Counted from the whole stretch's first letter, positions 35,716 through 49,070 are shown. The stretch: 62,798 nucleotides of DNA, filler included, from Chiloscyllium plagiosum (GCF_004010195.1; 5 parts of one record of this genome joined end to end with filler, not necessarily neighbours in it), one strand, 5' to 3'. Notes: generated by a model from the letters alone, not told the origin. Translations and numbers: made by a program.

Positions 35716-37580
35716 CGTAGAGTCAAAGAGATGTACAGCATGGAAACAGGCCCTTCAGTCCAACCCGTCCATGCCAACCAGATATCGCAACCCAATCTAG
35801 TCCCACCTGCCAGCACCCCCCACATATCCCTCCAAACCCTTCCTATTCATATACCCATCCAGATGCCTTTTAAATGTTGGATTTGTACCAGCCTCCACCA
35901 CTTCCTCTGGCAGCTCATTCCATACACGTACCACCCTCTGTGTGAAAACGTTGCCTCTTAAGTCTCTTTTATATCTTTCTCCTCTCACCCTAAACCTATG
36001 CCCTCTAGTTCTGGACTCCCGACCCCAGGGAAAAGACTTTGTCTATTTACCCTATCCATGCCCCTCATAATTTTGTAAACCTCTAGAAGATCACCCCTCA
36101 GCCTCCTACGCTCCAGGGAAAACAGCCCCATCCTGTTCAGCCTCTACCTATAGCTTAAATCCACCAACCCTGGCAACATCCTTGTAAATCTTTTCTGAAC
36201 CCTTTCAAGTTTCACAACATCTTTTTGATAGGAAGGAGACCAGAATTGCACACAATATTTCAACAGTGGCCTAACCAATGTCCTGTACAGCTGCAACATG
36301 ATCTCCCAGCTCCTGTACTCAATACTCTGACCAATAAAAGATAGCATACCAATCGCCTTCTTCACTATCCTATCTACCTGCGACTCTACTTTCAAGGAGC
36401 TATGAATCTGCACGCCAAAGTCTCTTTGTTCAGCAACACTCCCTAGGACCTTACCATCCAGTGTATAAATCCTGCTAAGATTTGCTTTCCCAAAATGCAG
36501 CACCTCGCATTTATCTGAATTAAACTCCATCTGCCACTTCTCAGCACATTGGCCCATCTGATCAAAATCCTTTTGTAATCTGAGGTAACATTCTTCGCTG
36601 TCCACTACACCTCCAATTTTGGTGTCATCTGCAAACTGCACTTTTTATGCTCACATCCAAATTATTTATGTAAATGACAAAATGTAGAGGACCCAGCACC
36701 AATCCTTGTAGCATTCCACTGGTCACAGTCTGAAAAACAACTCTCCACCACCACCCCCTGTCTTCTACCTTTGAGCCAGTTCTGTATCCAAATGGCTAGT
36801 ACTAAAGTCCAAATAGATCACACCTTCTGCTCTGCCCTCATCAATCCTCTTTGTTACTTCTTCAAAAAACTCAATCAAGTTTGTGAGACATGATTTCCCA
36901 CACTCAAAGCCATGTTGACTATCCCTAATCAGTCCTTGCCCTTCCAAATACATGAACATCCTGTCTCTCAAGATTCCCGCCAACAACTTGCCCACCACCG
37001 ACGTCAGGCTCACTGGTCTATAGTTCCCTGGCTTGTCTTCACCACCCTTCTTAAACAGTGACACCACGTTAGCCAACCAGTTTTCCGGCACCTCACCTGT
37101 GACTATCGGTGATACAAATATCTCAGCAAGAGGCCCAACAATCACTTCTCTAGCTTCCCACAGAGTTCTAGGGTACACCTGATCAGGTCATGGGGATTTA
37201 TCCACCTTTATGTGTTACAAGACATCCAGCACTTCCTCCTCTGTAATATGGATATTTTTCAAGTGTCACCATCTATTTCCCTACATTCTATATCTTCCAT
37301 GTCCTTTTCCACAGTAAACACTGATGCAAAATACTCATTTAGTATCTCCCCATTTTCTGCGACTCCGCATAAAAGCCACCTTGCTGATCTTTGAGGGGCC
37401 CTATTCTCTCCCTAGTTACCCTTTTGTCCTTACTGTATTTGTAAAACCCATTGGATTTTCCTTAATTCCATTTGCCAATGCCATCTCATGTCCTCTTTTT
37501 GCCTTCCTGATTTCCCTCTTAAGTATACTCCTACTGCCTTTATATTCCTCTAAGGATTCACTCAATTTATCCTGTCTATT
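35716..37580 (-). mobile_element. CR1 LINE ORF2 (RT) and 3' end, with internal deletions
   Basis: ORFs 36144-36641 (FADDTK...CVQFWSP) and 36765-37178 (PGNYRPVSLTS, SQHGF); CR1 tail. Confidence 0.95.
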
Positions 37581-38163
37581 ACCTGTCTTATTCCTCTACA
37601 AAATTCTGACCCAGATTAAATTCATAGTTATGGCTTATTTTTTAAGTTTAATCAAGAGACATATCTCAAAAAAATATATAATCAAGAAAGAACCCACTTT
37701 ACTCACTACTACAGACTATCTGTAGGCCACACTTAAAAACAATTCACTTATTTTAGCTGTGAACTTCGCCCAAACAGTTTCTCCAAGATCAGTTGTGAAT
37801 TTCACTGTTTGTTCATTTTCCCAGGCGCACTCCAATGTCCAGTGATACATGAATTCAAACAGCAAAGGCAGTAACTATGCAGTAACTGTGCAGATACACT
37901 GTGGTGTCAGTTTCGTTCTCTCTCTCTCTCCTGTACTGACCTCACCATGTACTTCCTTGCCTGTTCTTCTCCCTTTTAAAATTTCTGTTGTTTTGACTTT
38001 TTTTCCCCAAAGTTCCAAAACAATGCAACAGTATATAAAACAGTAATTGCAGCTCCTGGAATTCAAGGAAATTACCTTCAACACCTAAAATACCGAAAAA
38101 AGAAGGAGCGGCTGCTACAGCCAGAAATTTTTCCTATCCTCTATCTTGGATTACCCAGAATCC
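37581..38163 (-). mobile_element. Probable CR1 5'UTR joined directly to ORF2
   Basis: Starts GGATTCTGGGTAATCCAAGAT..., recalled as a shark CR1 5' end; same strand as and contiguous with the ORF2 piece. Confidence 0.5.
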
Positions 38164-40049
38164 TGTAATTTGACTTTTAAACTGAAAGCTGTTTAATTCC
38201 CAGCTATGTGAAATGTTTATTCTGTATCAAGAGTGTTTTATTTTATGCTTTAAGTTAATACTGCTACTAACATAGTTCGATACTTCTCTTTATTATGTCA
38301 GGGCAGTGGGTGCCGACATGTACGTTCCATTACTGGCTCCTTATCCTTGAGTGAGGCTCTTCCAGTTTGCTATACTGAAACACCCTTTTATTTATATATC
38401 TACAGTACAGAGTAAAAACCTCTAGAGTAGTATCTACGACCTCTCTGTTTCCATAATTGTTCTATTCTGATGTCTTCTTTCAAATTCTTTGACTGATATC
38501 CCAGACACATCATAACATTATCATAATTTGCTTGTTCCATTGTATTACATAGTGTGCAATAAATATGCCATAGACAAACATGGGCTGAGATTTTTCTCAG
38601 AGTCGGCCCTGCTCTACCATTGTAATTTTGCCAGAAGTGTAAGGGAAATCCCTTTTACACATGGATGGAGAGTTTCCATTACACATCCACTAAAGTGGGA
38701 GTGGCTAATTAGGAGGAATTCTGAAGGAGGTTCAAGATGTGTCTTCATTTGAGTGGCTTCTGGAATATACTGAGGAAATGTTTCAGTTTAGATAGTTTGC
38801 AGTCCTCACTTTCCCCTTCCCAATTCTCAAATAAAGCATGATAAGGAACAGGCAACTAATGGGCAAAGTGCACTTCTTGCCCACGGCCAAAATGAAGATT
38901 ATCCCCATTGTTCCTGTTCATTCTCATTTGTAGTTTCCCAAATGTATCGGCATCACCTATAGATCATCCCACTAACAGAGACAAATAATGAGTTAAATTA
39001 ATTCAGGCTCTCTGCTAAGACTGGAAATGTCTACATGATTCCAGGATATTGGCAAACAAAAACACATTAATGTAGAGAGTTGAACAAAAGTTACACAACA
39101 CAAATGACCGTTCAGTCCAAGCTGTCTACACTGGTGTTTTTCTGCCACATAAACAGCTAGTTTAATTTATAATTTACATTACAATCTAATGTAACCATTC
39201 TATTCCTATTAGTGCTTGTGAAAAATCTCAATGAGGACTATCATCATGGTGCAATATACTTAAAAAGTAACATTTGTGCTATTTTTGAATAGTGAAATTA
39301 AAATAACTGTGTGAAGTATACTTAACCTGAAATTATCTCAAATTCTTCAACAAATTTCATCTGAATAGTAGTGTCGCTTACACAGAAACTGCTATTCGTG
39401 TGAAGCATTGTCTTGATCAACTTGACTTTTGATCAATACCATGGTTATACCAATAGACAATCACAGGTGTTTTTTGGGGCCAAAATGGATACCAAATTGG
39501 TTGTCACTAACACCATGCTAAAAAGGATAGATTCATAAAAGATCCAGCAGTTCAGAGCAAGGCATTCATAAAGTGCCATGGTTCAATCAGGAGTGTCGGA
39601 CAGCATTGTAGTCCAGCTCTAGGTGAGGTATAATGAGATTCATGTAAATCATGATAATAACTGATCACATGATTCTGACAGCAGTAAGAGAAGGATGCCA
39701 GTCTAAAATGAGCATGTGAAGAGAGTGATTTCAGATACTGCACCAGAGAGTAGTATTTGAGTACCTATAGATGTAAAGAAAGGTGTTAGGTATATAATGA
39801 GTTCAAAAAATCTTACTTAGTGATAATAATCATGCAGCTTCAGATAGACTGTGTGTTTAGGTATAGTGCACAACGTTCAGAAATAGTATGCAAGCATTTG
39901 CTTAAAATACAAGATAAAGCACAATGCAAACTTAAAAATAAGGTCAAGCTGATGAAACTACAACACAGCGCTACATGCATGCTAATCACTGTAAGCAGCA
40001 GTTAGAGCTAAGCAATCCCAAAATTAATGGATTAAATCAAAACTCTGTA

Positions 40050-40475
40050 GTCCTATCACATGCAGTTGTAAATGGTGGTGGACCATTAAACAACAACAAG
40101 GAGAAAGTGGCTCCATGAGTATTCCATTCTCAATGATGAGGGACCAGCACATTACTGTAAAAGCATATACAACCTCCTTCAGTCAGAGGTGCATAATGGA
40201 GCATTCATCTGCTTCTCCTGAGACCGCAGCATCATTATTGTCATTCTCTAAATAATTTAATTCACTTGACGTGACATCAAGAAATATCTGAAGGCAAAGG
40301 TTATTGGCCTTGACAGAATTGTGACTGAAATATTGAAGAACCCCAGAATTAGCCACACCTTGGCCAAGCTGTTCCAGCACATCTACATTTCTGGCACCCA
40401 TCCAATAATGTGGAAAATTAGCAAGATAGTTCCCATTCAAAAAACACAGGACAAATTCAATCCAGCTAACAAATG
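40050..40475 (+). mobile_element. Old fragment of the 15014-19496 LINE family
   Basis: LAKLFQHIYISGTHPIMWKISKIVPIQKTQDKFNPAN. Confidence 0.75.
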
Positions 40476-40654
40476 CAGCTTCCTGGTGACTCATTCCATT
40501 TTTGGCAAGGCTGACACTTATAACCACTTTACTATATTAGAGTACGGTTATATACAGAGGGTTCATTATTTTTCTGCAGTATTTAGATTTTCACAGATAC
40601 ATGGGACATTAACATAGCAGTCATCATCTCAGCTCAAATGGCAATCATTATCAA

Positions 40655-40950
40655 TTAGATTAGATTCCCTACAGTATGGAAACAGGCCCTTCGGCCCAAC
40701 ATGTCCACACCAACCCTCCGAACAGTAACCCCACCCAGACCATTCCCCTACCCTATATTTACCTCTGCCAAATGCACCTCATACTATGGGCAATCTAGCA
40801 TGGCCAATTCACCTGACCTGCACATCTTTGGATTGTGGGCGGAAACCAGAACACCCGAAGGAAACCCACACAGACACGGGGAGAATGTGCAAACTACACA
40901 CAAACAGTTCTCGAGGCAGAAATTGAACCTGGGTCCCTGGTGCTATGAAG
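40655..40950 (-). mobile_element. HE1-type V-SINE (diverged)
   Basis: V-domain and tail. Confidence 0.85.
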
Positions 40951-41994
40951 CAGAAATGATAACCAATGAGCCAAAAAGGATTGCACTCCCTCAATGTTCA
41001 GCTGCTATGTCATCAGTGGAAGATCAGCATGTGTGTATCATGCAAGGCAACCAAAAAGCTGATGTGCTGTTTCAATTATTTTGCATCAGTCAAGTCTCTC
41101 AGAGCTATGTGAGCCTTTAGATATGGACAGTGATGGTTTCTCGAGAAAATGGCTTCTCTCTAAGAGGATGGGTGTTGACACCTGTGGAGGACCCAACTAC
41201 TCCTGCAATGGCAAGATACAACAAAAGCCACATGAATACAAAAATGGTCATCCACTCACAAGTGTGGTTACCCTCTCATCTACTATCCTAGCCCCTCACT
41301 CATTTGCCTTAGACACTAATCTTCTGTCTAGGCTTTCAAAGAGGCTTTGGACTTTTAAACCATGTTTATTTACTGTTATGTGGCAGCTAGTTCTGTAATA
41401 AAGATCTTTTCTGCAAAGGTCTCTGCATTTGAAGACTTCTGTAAGATCCTCCATTGGAAGATTAGCTTGAAAAGTCACAGTTAGGAGCTGTACAACTCTG
41501 CACTGAATCTGGGCTGGAAATAAGAATTGCAATCCAGGTGAGAAGATTTGGGCCAGACTGTTTTGTGGAGTTGTAATGACAACATCGTGGAGGGGTGCTA
41601 TTCACAATGATGTGCAACAGCAGTAGGATGATGATTGGTGTAAGGGATGAGTGTTCAGTTGGAAATGGAGAGAAGGTGGCTTGACAGAGAGAAATCCAAT
41701 GAGGTTGCAATTTAATTTCTGGAGAGTAGGAATACACTGGAGTGAATCAGAGTGAAGGGGTTAACACCTAAAAAGTGGCACCATTCTTGTCCTAAACAGG
41801 TCATTGAACCTCTTCCAATGTAGTAACCATGAGTGTAGGACCTCACTATTGCCAATCACCCCCTACATTTCTCTTCCAACTTTTACAATTCTCAACATTG
41901 CCTCCTAGACAGTCTTTAAGGTCTAAGAGCTGAAATCCCAGACTGTTACTCCACCAAAACAGTTGTGATGTCTGTCCTACTTTTGCAGAAGACC

Positions 41995-43168
41995 ATAAGA
42001 TATAGAACATAGAACATAGAACAATACAGCACAGAACAGGCCCTTCGGCCCTCAATGTTGCGCCAACCTGTGAACTATTCTCAGCTCGTCCCCCTAAACT
42101 ATCCCAAAATTATCCATGTGCTTATCTACGGATTGTTTAAATTACTCTAATGTGACTGAGTTGACTACATTAGCAGGTAGGGCATTCCACGCCCTTACCA
42201 CTCTCTACGTAAATAACCTACCTCTGACATCTGTCTTAAATCTATCACCCCTCAATTTTTAGTTATGCCCCCTCGTACAAGCTGACGTCATCATCCTAGG
42301 AAAAAGACTTTCACTGACTATCCTATCTAATCCTCTGATCATCTTGTATGTCTCTATCAAATCCCTTCTTAGCCTTCTTCTTTCCGATCAGAACAGACCC
42401 AAGTCTCTCAACCTTTCCTCATAAGACCTTCCCTCCAGACCAGGCAACATCCTGGTAAATCTCCTCTGCACCTTTTCCAATGCTTCCACATATGGGGACC
42501 AGAACTGTACACAATATTCCAAGTGAGGCCGCACCAGCGTTTTGTACAGTTGCAGCATGATATTGCGGCTCTGGAACTCAATCCCTCTACCAATAAAACC
42601 TAACACAGCATGTGCCTTCTTAACAACTCTATCCACCTGGCAACTTTCAGGGATCTATGTACATGGANNNNNNNNNNNNNNNNNNNNNNNNNNNNNNNNN
42701 NNNNNNNNNNNNNNNNNNNNNNNNNNNNNNNNNNNNNNNNNNNNNNNNNNNNNNNNNNNNNNNNNNNNNNNNNNNNNNNNNNNNNNNNNNNNNNNNNNNN
42801 NNNNNNNNNNNNNNNNNNNNNNNNNNNNNNNNNNNNNNNNNNNNNNNNNNNNNNNNNNNNNNNNNNNNNNNNNNNNNNNNNNNNNNNNNNNNNNNNNNNN
42901 NNNNNNNNNNNNNNNNNNNNNNNNNNNNNNNNNNNAAACCATGTTGACTATCTGAAATCAAATTATTGCTTGCTAGATGATTATAAATCTTATCTCTTAT
43001 AATCCTTTCCAAAACCTTTCCTACAACAGAAGTAAGGCTCATTGGTCTATAATTATCTGGGTCATCTCTACTGCCCTTCTTGATCAAAGGCACAATATTT
43101 GCAATCCTCCAGGCCTCTGGTACTAAACCTGTAGACAATGATGACTCAAATACCAAAGCCAAAGGCCA
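41995..43168 (-). mobile_element. CR1 LINE (RT and 3' end) spanning the N gap 42668-42935
   Basis: DNYRPMSLTSVVGKVLE; LYKTLVRPHLEYCVQFWSP; (TTCTATG)n tail. Confidence 0.92.
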
Positions 43169-43269
43169 ATAGGAGCAGAATTAAGCCATTTGACCCATCA
43201 AGCCTTCTTTACCATTCGATCATGGCTGATATATTTCTCAAACCCATTCTTCTGCCATCTCCCCATCAT

Positions 43270-43590
43270 GGATGGCACGGTGGCTCAGTGGTTAGCACTG
43301 CTGCCTTACAGTACCAGGGACCCGGGTTCAATTCCTGTCTCAGGTAACTGTCTGTGTGGAGTTTGCACATTCTCCCCGTGTCTGTATGGGTTTCCTCCAG
43401 GTGCTCTGGTTTCCTCCCTCAGTCCAAAGATGTGCAGGTCAGGTGAATTGACTATGCTAAATTGCCCGTAGTGTTAGGACATTAGTCAGGGGTAAATGCA
43501 GGGGAATGGGTCTGGGTGGGTTGCTCTTCGGAGGGTCAGTGTGGACTTGTTGGGCCAAAGGGCCTGTTTCCACACTGTAGGGAATCTAAT
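43270..43590 (+). mobile_element. HE1-type V-SINE
   Basis: Head, V-domain and tail. Confidence 0.9.
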
Positions 43591-44159
43591 TTTTAAAAAA
43601 TCCTTGATCCCCTTATTAGTCAAGAACCTATCCATCTTTGACTTAAAGTTTCAATGACTTCGCTTCTGGAGCAATGAGCAGCAATGAGTTCCACAGATTT
43701 ACCAGCCACTGGCTGAAGAAATTCCTTCACATCTCAATTCCAAAGGATTGTCTCTTACTCTTAGGTTCTGCTCCTGGGTCCTAGTCTCTCCTACTACTGG
43801 AGACATCTTCTCCACATCCACTCTATCTCAATATTCTGTAGGTTTCAATCAAATCCTTCCTGATCTTTCTAATCTCTATCAAGTACAGATCCAGAATGCT
43901 CAACTACTCCTCAAATGACTTTCATCCCCTGCATCATTCCTGTAGACTTCAACTGGATCCCCTCAAATGCCAGCACGTCCTTACTTAAGTATGGCACATA
44001 AAACTGCTCACAATATTCCAAATGTCGTCTGACCAGAGCCTTATATGGCCTCAGTAGTATGTCTCCGCTCTTGTATTCTAAACCTCTTGAAATAAAAGTT
44101 AACATTTCATTTGACTTCTTCGCTGCCAATTGTACATACATGTTAATCTTAGCAAGTGA

Positions 44160-44286
44160 CTTCACCTGACAAAGGAGCAATGCTCTGAAAGCTTGTGATT
44201 TCAAATAAACCTGTTGGACCATAACCTGGTGTCATGTGACTCCTGACTTTTACACTCCAGTTCAACATCGGCATAACCACTTCATG
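44160..44286 (+). mobile_element. Penelope pLTR stub starting at a decayed hammerhead
   Basis: CAC-CTGACAA-AGGAGCAATGCTCT-GAAA-GCTT-GTG; homologous to 50817-50940. Confidence 0.8.
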
Positions 44287-44818
44287 AGGTCAGGCCAACT
44301 GGCCTATAATTTCCTGTCCTCTTTCCTCCCTACCTTCTTAAACAGGGGTGTTACATTAGCCATTTTTGAGCCGTCTGGTACCCTCCCTGATTTCATAGAT
44401 TAGAAAGATCCCCACCAATGGTGCAAATATCTCCTCAGCTATTTCTTTCAGAACTCTGGGGTGTGGTCCACCTTGGTCCAGGTGATTTATCCACCTTCAA
44501 ACCTTCAGTTTCCTCGGCATCTTAGTGATGGCCATTGTACTTACCTCTGCCCCCGATTCTCTTGAAGTTCTGGCGTGTTACTGGTGTCTTCCACTGTAAA
44601 AACTGATGCAAAGTATGTACTCATTTCCTCCACCATTTTATTATTCCCCATTATTATTTCTCCAGCCTCATTTTCCAGTGGTCCAATGTCCATTCTTGCT
44701 TTTCTTGTACCTTTTACATATCTTAAAATAAGAACTCTTACAATCTGTTTTAATATTAGTGGCTAGCTTACTCATGTATTTCATCTTCCTTTTTTTAGTT
44801 ATCCTCTGCTGGTTTTGT

Positions 44819-45131
44819 GGGCGGCACGGTGGCATAGTGGTTAGCACTGCTGCCTCACAGCGCCTGAGACCCGGGTTCAATTCCCGCCTCAGGCGACTGA
44901 CTGTGTGGAGTTTGCACGTTCTCCCCGTGTCTGCGTGGGTTTCCTCCGGGTGCTCCGGTTTCCTCCCACAGTCCAAAGATGTGCAGGGTCAGGTGAATTG
45001 GCCATACTAAATTGCCCGTAGTGTTAGGTAAGGGGTAAATGTAGGGGTATGGGTGGGTTTCGCTTCGGCGGGTCGGTGTGGACTTGTTGGGCCGAAGGGC
45101 CTGTTTCCACACTGTAATCTAATCTAATCTA
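44819..45131 (+). mobile_element. HE1-type V-SINE (young)
   Basis: Near-identical to 54472-54787. Confidence 0.93.
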
Positions 45132-46629
45132 AAGGCTTCTCACTTATCTTCACTACATTGGATGCTTTTGCTTTTGCTTTAACTGTCCCTGATTTCTCTT
45201 GTCTCATCCTACCTTAGTATGGTTCTTCTTGCTTAGGATGAATTTCTGCTCTGCATGCTGAAGTATCCCCAGAGACTCCTACCATTGTTGGTCAACTGTC
45301 TTTCCAGCTAGGTTTTCCTTCCAATTAACTCTGGCCAGCTCCTCACTCACTTCTTTGTACTTCCCTCTATTGAATTGTAATACAGTTATATCTGATTCCA
45401 GCTTATACCTCTCAAACTGCATGGAGATTTATGGTCACTGCCCTCTAAGGATTCCTTTAGCTTGAGCTTCCTAATTAAGTCAGCCTCATTACACATCACC
45501 AAATCAAGAATTGCCTGTTCCCTAGTGGGGTCTATTACAAAGTGCTCCAAAAAATCCATCTCTCAGATATATCATGAATTCCTTTTCTTGAGATCAGCTA
45601 CCAATGTGATTTTCCCAGTCCACCTGCCTATTGAGCTCCCCCATGATCATTGTTATAACAACTTTCTTACATGCTTTTTCTATCTCCTAATTAATTTTTT
45701 TCCATACATCCAGACTACTGCCATGAAACCTGTACATATTTTTCAACATGGTCTTTTTCCCTTTGCGGTTCCTCAACTCTACCTATACAGATTCTAGCTT
45801 CTGACTCTATCACTTCTTAATACTGACTTAATTTCATTTCTTACTAACAAGACAACCCGGCCACCTCTGCCCATCTACCTGTCCTTTTAACAGAATGTGT
45901 ATCCAAAATGAATCCATTCTCATCCCTGCCAAGATTATCATACACAGTCACACTTGAACCTTCCAATTGACTGAGAAACATGGTTTGGGGGGTAATTCCA
46001 TAGTTGAGTTTAAAAACCATGAGCATGCAAACTCTGCTGCCTTTCAGCTGCCCAACCACTTTCTGGTCTCTCCCATTTAAGTGGTCCCAAAGGTAAAGAT
46101 TTTGCCCTAACTATCCACATTTTACCATCTGCATGGCCATGTGCAGTTTAGACTATGTAAATAATTTCTGCATTAATACTGTTATACCCACCTCTGGAAT
46201 TACTTTTCCCTTTTTCTCTATTTCTAAGTCTATGCTGAGAAGACCTAATTGCATTAGATGGTTCCAGTAATCCTAACAATTGCATACTTTGTCCCACTTC
46301 TACTGACCTGGTTTTAAGTACTGGTCAAAAACACTCACATTTAGATCTGGGAAATAAATCCTCAGTTATTGCTAGTGACAAGGAAAGATGTATCACATGT
46401 TAAGAAAGCTGACTGAGGTTATTCATCAGCCATAACTTTAACAATACTTCTTCATTTAAAATTACATAATTAACGACTTGAATAAATTGAATTTTGATAA
46501 CGCCTTTCATAGCCACTGGCATGTGGTAGCCTTTTGCATGCAACAATTTGCCACGATAATTGTTGTTTATGAGTAAGAAAGTGTTAAGAAAGATGATTGC
46601 AGTAAGTACAATCCACTCTAATGATTCTG

Positions 46630-46820
46630 TTTTTGTGATGTTTGGCAAAGAAACTGGGTGAATGGGGGTGGGTAGCCCCCTGCTCTTTGTATCTTTTACA
46701 TTTAGATGAGAAGCCAGTCAGAGCCCTGTTTAACATTTTATCTCTTTTGATGTGATATTCCCTCAGTACTGCACTAAAGTGTCAGCTCAGTTTTTTTTGC
46801 TCACATCCTGGAATGAGATA
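46630..46820 (-). mobile_element. DeuSINE (SacSINE1/AmnSINE1-like) relic
   Basis: Minus strand GCTGACACTTTAGTGCAGTACTGAGGGA...TGTTAAACAGGGCTCTG...TGTAAAAGAT...AAGAGCAGGGG resembles the Deu-domain as I recall it. Confidence 0.6.
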
Positions 46821-47047
46821 ACTTTAAAGTTCAGCTTTCCTTTACATTTTGTTGTTGTTTCTTAAACTTGGTTTGCTTTGTTTTAAATAAAACGCTCTTA
46901 GTCTTTGCTAGATTACAAACAACTAAACAATGTTTAAAACTGAGTCAATTTCTCAAAAGGAGCAACCAAATCAATGCATTCACAACAAAAGGCATGCATT
47001 TGTTCTGGAGACATTAAAACAAAACAAGTCATTGAAATGTAATGAAG

Positions 47048-47174
47048 ATTTGGAAATGCCAGTGTTGGACTGGGGTGTACAAAGTTAAAAATCAGGTTAT
47101 AGTCCAACAGGTTTAATTGGAAGCACACTAGCTTTCGGAGCACCGCTCCTTCATCAGCTCGTGTGCTTCCAATT
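47048..47174 (-). mobile_element. Penelope pLTR stub with hammerhead, 22-bp terminal inversion and 13-bp TSD
   Basis: Minus strand CTGATGA-A-GGAGC-GGT-GCTCC-GAAA-GCTA-GTG; arms 47112-47133 and 47156-47177; TSD AAATG(T/C)AATGAAG at 47035-47047 and 47175-47187. Confidence 0.87.
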
Positions 47175-47588
47175 AAATGCAATGAAGTTTCTGTTTAAAG
47201 AAGTGATGTCACTGTCTTATGGAATTTTCAAACTGAATGAATCCTGGAATCAGAGCAGGAAAAGCCTAATTATAAAGTTGCAAATGAGAACATCAAACAT
47301 GAAGACAACATGTATCAATGCTAAATGCTACCTATTTGAAATTACACTTCCTAACGATAGTAACAAAAATAATAAGACATTTGCAGAAAGTCTCACTTCT
47401 GTTGTTGTATTAACTCATTAAAAGTAAACTCTCATTATCAGAGAACGTGGTTTTGCCAAAGTGGCAATAAAGGTAGCACAGTTTCTGTTGTGTATATGAA
47501 TTTTAATAAAGTATCACAAAGTATGCTTTTTAACAAAATCAAAATAGTTGGGACTACAAGGGTAGTGACCAGATGAACATGAAATTGG

Positions 47589-48011
47589 CTCTTCCTCCCT
47601 CTACAAGGATTTCAGTGAGTCCCTCTCTCACTGCACACCCTAACCTCCTTCCACCTATCGCATTCCCAATGCCTCTCCCCCAAGTCCCTCCTTTTATCTT
47701 AGCCTGCTGGGCACACTTTCCTCATTCCTGAAGAAGGGCTCATCACGAGGGACCCATGCGGTTTTATAAATAGACACATAGGATACAGTAAAAAGAATTT
47801 TACATTGAATCCTAATAAATTACTGATTGGAGTTAAAGTGAGAATCATGTATTCAATTCTCCAAACTACACTTTAGTAAGAATTTGAAAAACTTGGAGTA
47901 CTTGCAGAGTAGAGTTATTAGAACTCCTTGGAAGCTGCCTGACCTGCTGCGCTTTTCCAGCAACACATTTTCAGCTCTGATCTCCAGCATCTGCAGTCCT
48001 CACTTTCTCCT
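47589..48011 (+). mobile_element. Penelope pLTR interrupted by 182 bp of captured flanking DNA
   Basis: pLTR ...CATTCCTGAAGAAGGGCTC | insert | CTCCTTGGAAGCTGCCTGACC...CACTTTCTCCT. Confidence 0.82.
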
Positions 48012-48678
48012 ACAAAATATAAGACAAAGAATAGTATTGAACAGTTGCGTTTCCAGTTAAAGGGGAGTATACAGTTGTAAGTTACTAGGAGCGTTATCTT
48101 TTCTGATATATTGTAATGACCTGAACCCATATTTAAAAAAAGACAGACCTCAAAGTTTGCATGTGGGAAAAGCTTGGAAATATCGTAAACCATAAGAAGC
48201 ATAATAGCAGGCTTCAAGAGAACGCAAGCAGACTGGTGAAATGGCCACTGAAATAGCTGATGAAACTTAACACAGAAGTGTGAAGTCATGCCTTCTGGAA
48301 GGAAAAATAAAGAGTGTTATTCCATAAATAACACAATTTTATTGGGGATGCAAGAAGAGAAGGACTTGGGGCCCTTCCACATCTAGGGACAGGCAATAAA
48401 TGCAGGCTCATCCAGTGAAGCTCATTTTCCATAGATAATTTAAGAAAACAGATCTTTGATGGTGTCAAGACAAGATAAGAAAACTGCGAACAATAAATCA
48501 CGAGGGACCCATGCGGTTTTATAAATAGACACATAGGATACAGTAAAAAGAATTTTACATTGAATCCTAATAAATTACTGATTGGAGTTAAAGTGAGAAT
48601 CATGTATTCAATTCTCCAAACTACACTTTAGTAAGAATTTGAAAAACTTGGAGTACTTGCAGAGTAGAGTTATTAGAA
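47742..48678. repeat. 182-bp direct repeat (47742-47923 and 48497-48678)
   Basis: ATCACGAGGGACCC...GTTATTAGAA; no mismatch seen. Confidence 0.95.
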
Positions 48679-48719
48679 TGTAGAGTAGAGTTTTGCAGAG
48701 TAGAGTTATTAAAACTTCA

Positions 48720-49070
48720 GAAGCTGAATCTATTCTCCTTAGAGATGATTAAGGAGAGATTTAAGTGTGGTGTTCAAAATTATGAGGAGTTTTCATACAG
48801 AAGATAGGGATAAATTTAAGGGTTGATAACTCGTAATGCAGATTTAAAATAATCGTGAGGGGGAGGAGAGATTTACCTTCTCAGCAAATTGTTGTGACCA
48901 GGATGCACTGATTGAAAAGATGGTGGAAACAGACATAGTATTAAGTTATAAAATGAAAAAGGTAACATTTTCAAGCCAATGGAGAAAAGCAGAGTTGGAA
49001 AAATTCAATAACTCAAGCAGGGAGCCAAAAAAGGCATGATGGACCAATGCCCTCCATTTACCCTGTATCA
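48720..49070 (+). mobile_element. Old CR1 3' end
   Basis: Diverged ORF2 C-terminus and tail. Confidence 0.55.

Larger units (their letters stand above)
43170..45940 (-). mobile_element. Older CR1 LINE pieces (EN to 3' end) with nested SINEs and a PLE
   Basis: YKALVRRHLEYCEQFY; NYRPVGL; endonuclease-region residues at 45460-45780. Confidence 0.8.

Noticed and set aside
42542..43002. Long ORFs containing X runs
   Set aside because: Artefacts of translating through the N gap
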